Source: a virus
Virus record (IMG/VR): IMGVR_UViG_3300045988_159959
DNA: 64,000 bases
Direction: 5' to 3' (one strand)
The notes beneath the pieces are model-generated. The model searched no databases and was not told where the DNA came from. It saw nothing but the letters and a program-made list of their open reading frames with translations. Below are positions 63,932-64,000 of this stretch, one piece after another. Made by a program: the position numbers and the translations under genes. Numbering within the stretch: position 1 is the stretch's first letter; every line of letters starts with the position of its first letter.

Positions 63932-64000
63932 AAATGGAATTTTTAATGGTTGTTATCAAATCGTTTTAATTCTCACAGTACAAAGAAAGCAAAAAAAAAC

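Noticed and set aside
1-64000. CRISPR arrays, tRNA/tmRNA genes, rRNA
   Set aside because: No regularly spaced direct repeats were seen. None of the intergenic gaps (including 61444-62185) shows a cloverleaf or T-arm GGTTCGAATCC-like signature. Only a visual scan was done; tRNAscan or ARAGORN should confirm.
1-64000. Stop-codon reassignment (TAG or TGA recoding) as seen in some gut phages
   Set aside because: All large genes, including the 2859-aa and 2014-aa ORFs, are intact under the standard code. The only candidate anomaly is the in-frame extension after a TAA at 21333, and TAA is not a typical recoded codon.

Overview
This window is about 64 kb of a low-GC, contractile-tailed dsDNA phage or prophage. 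All genes but one lie on the minus strand. The host is probably a Bacteroidota member; this is an inference from BACON-like repeats, TAnnTTTG-type -7 boxes and near-absence of Shine-Dalgarno sites. Reading the minus strand from 64000 to 1, the order is: unknown early-type genes; a ~0.7 kb non-coding, hairpin-rich region; a holin; and a head module. The head module holds the portal, a Mu F-like protein carrying an intein, a free-standing Hint-like ORF, a Nudix/Dps-like fusion, protease, scaffold and major capsid. Next come neck genes, a free-standing HNH endonuclease, sheath and tube. A two-gene moron then interrupts the tail genes, followed by chaperones, tape measure and baseplate. After these are two giant fibre proteins (2859 and 2014 aa) and a set of small genes. 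A Pol III-like replication block closes the window: DEDD exonuclease, TerL with an intein in its P-loop, DnaB, DnaG, MazG, a NadR-like kinase and a DnaE-type polymerase. The most striking feature is that the DnaE gene is split just before its catalytic DxD motif. The split is a ~1.8 kb insertion encoding an apparently intact IscB (OMEGA) RNA-guided nuclease, with a structured upstream RNA region and terminal hairpins. The window is unusually rich in selfish elements: IscB, two LAGLIDADG inteins, a Hint-like ORF and two HNH genes. All functional calls rest on motif recognition by eye and on gene order. No searches were run.
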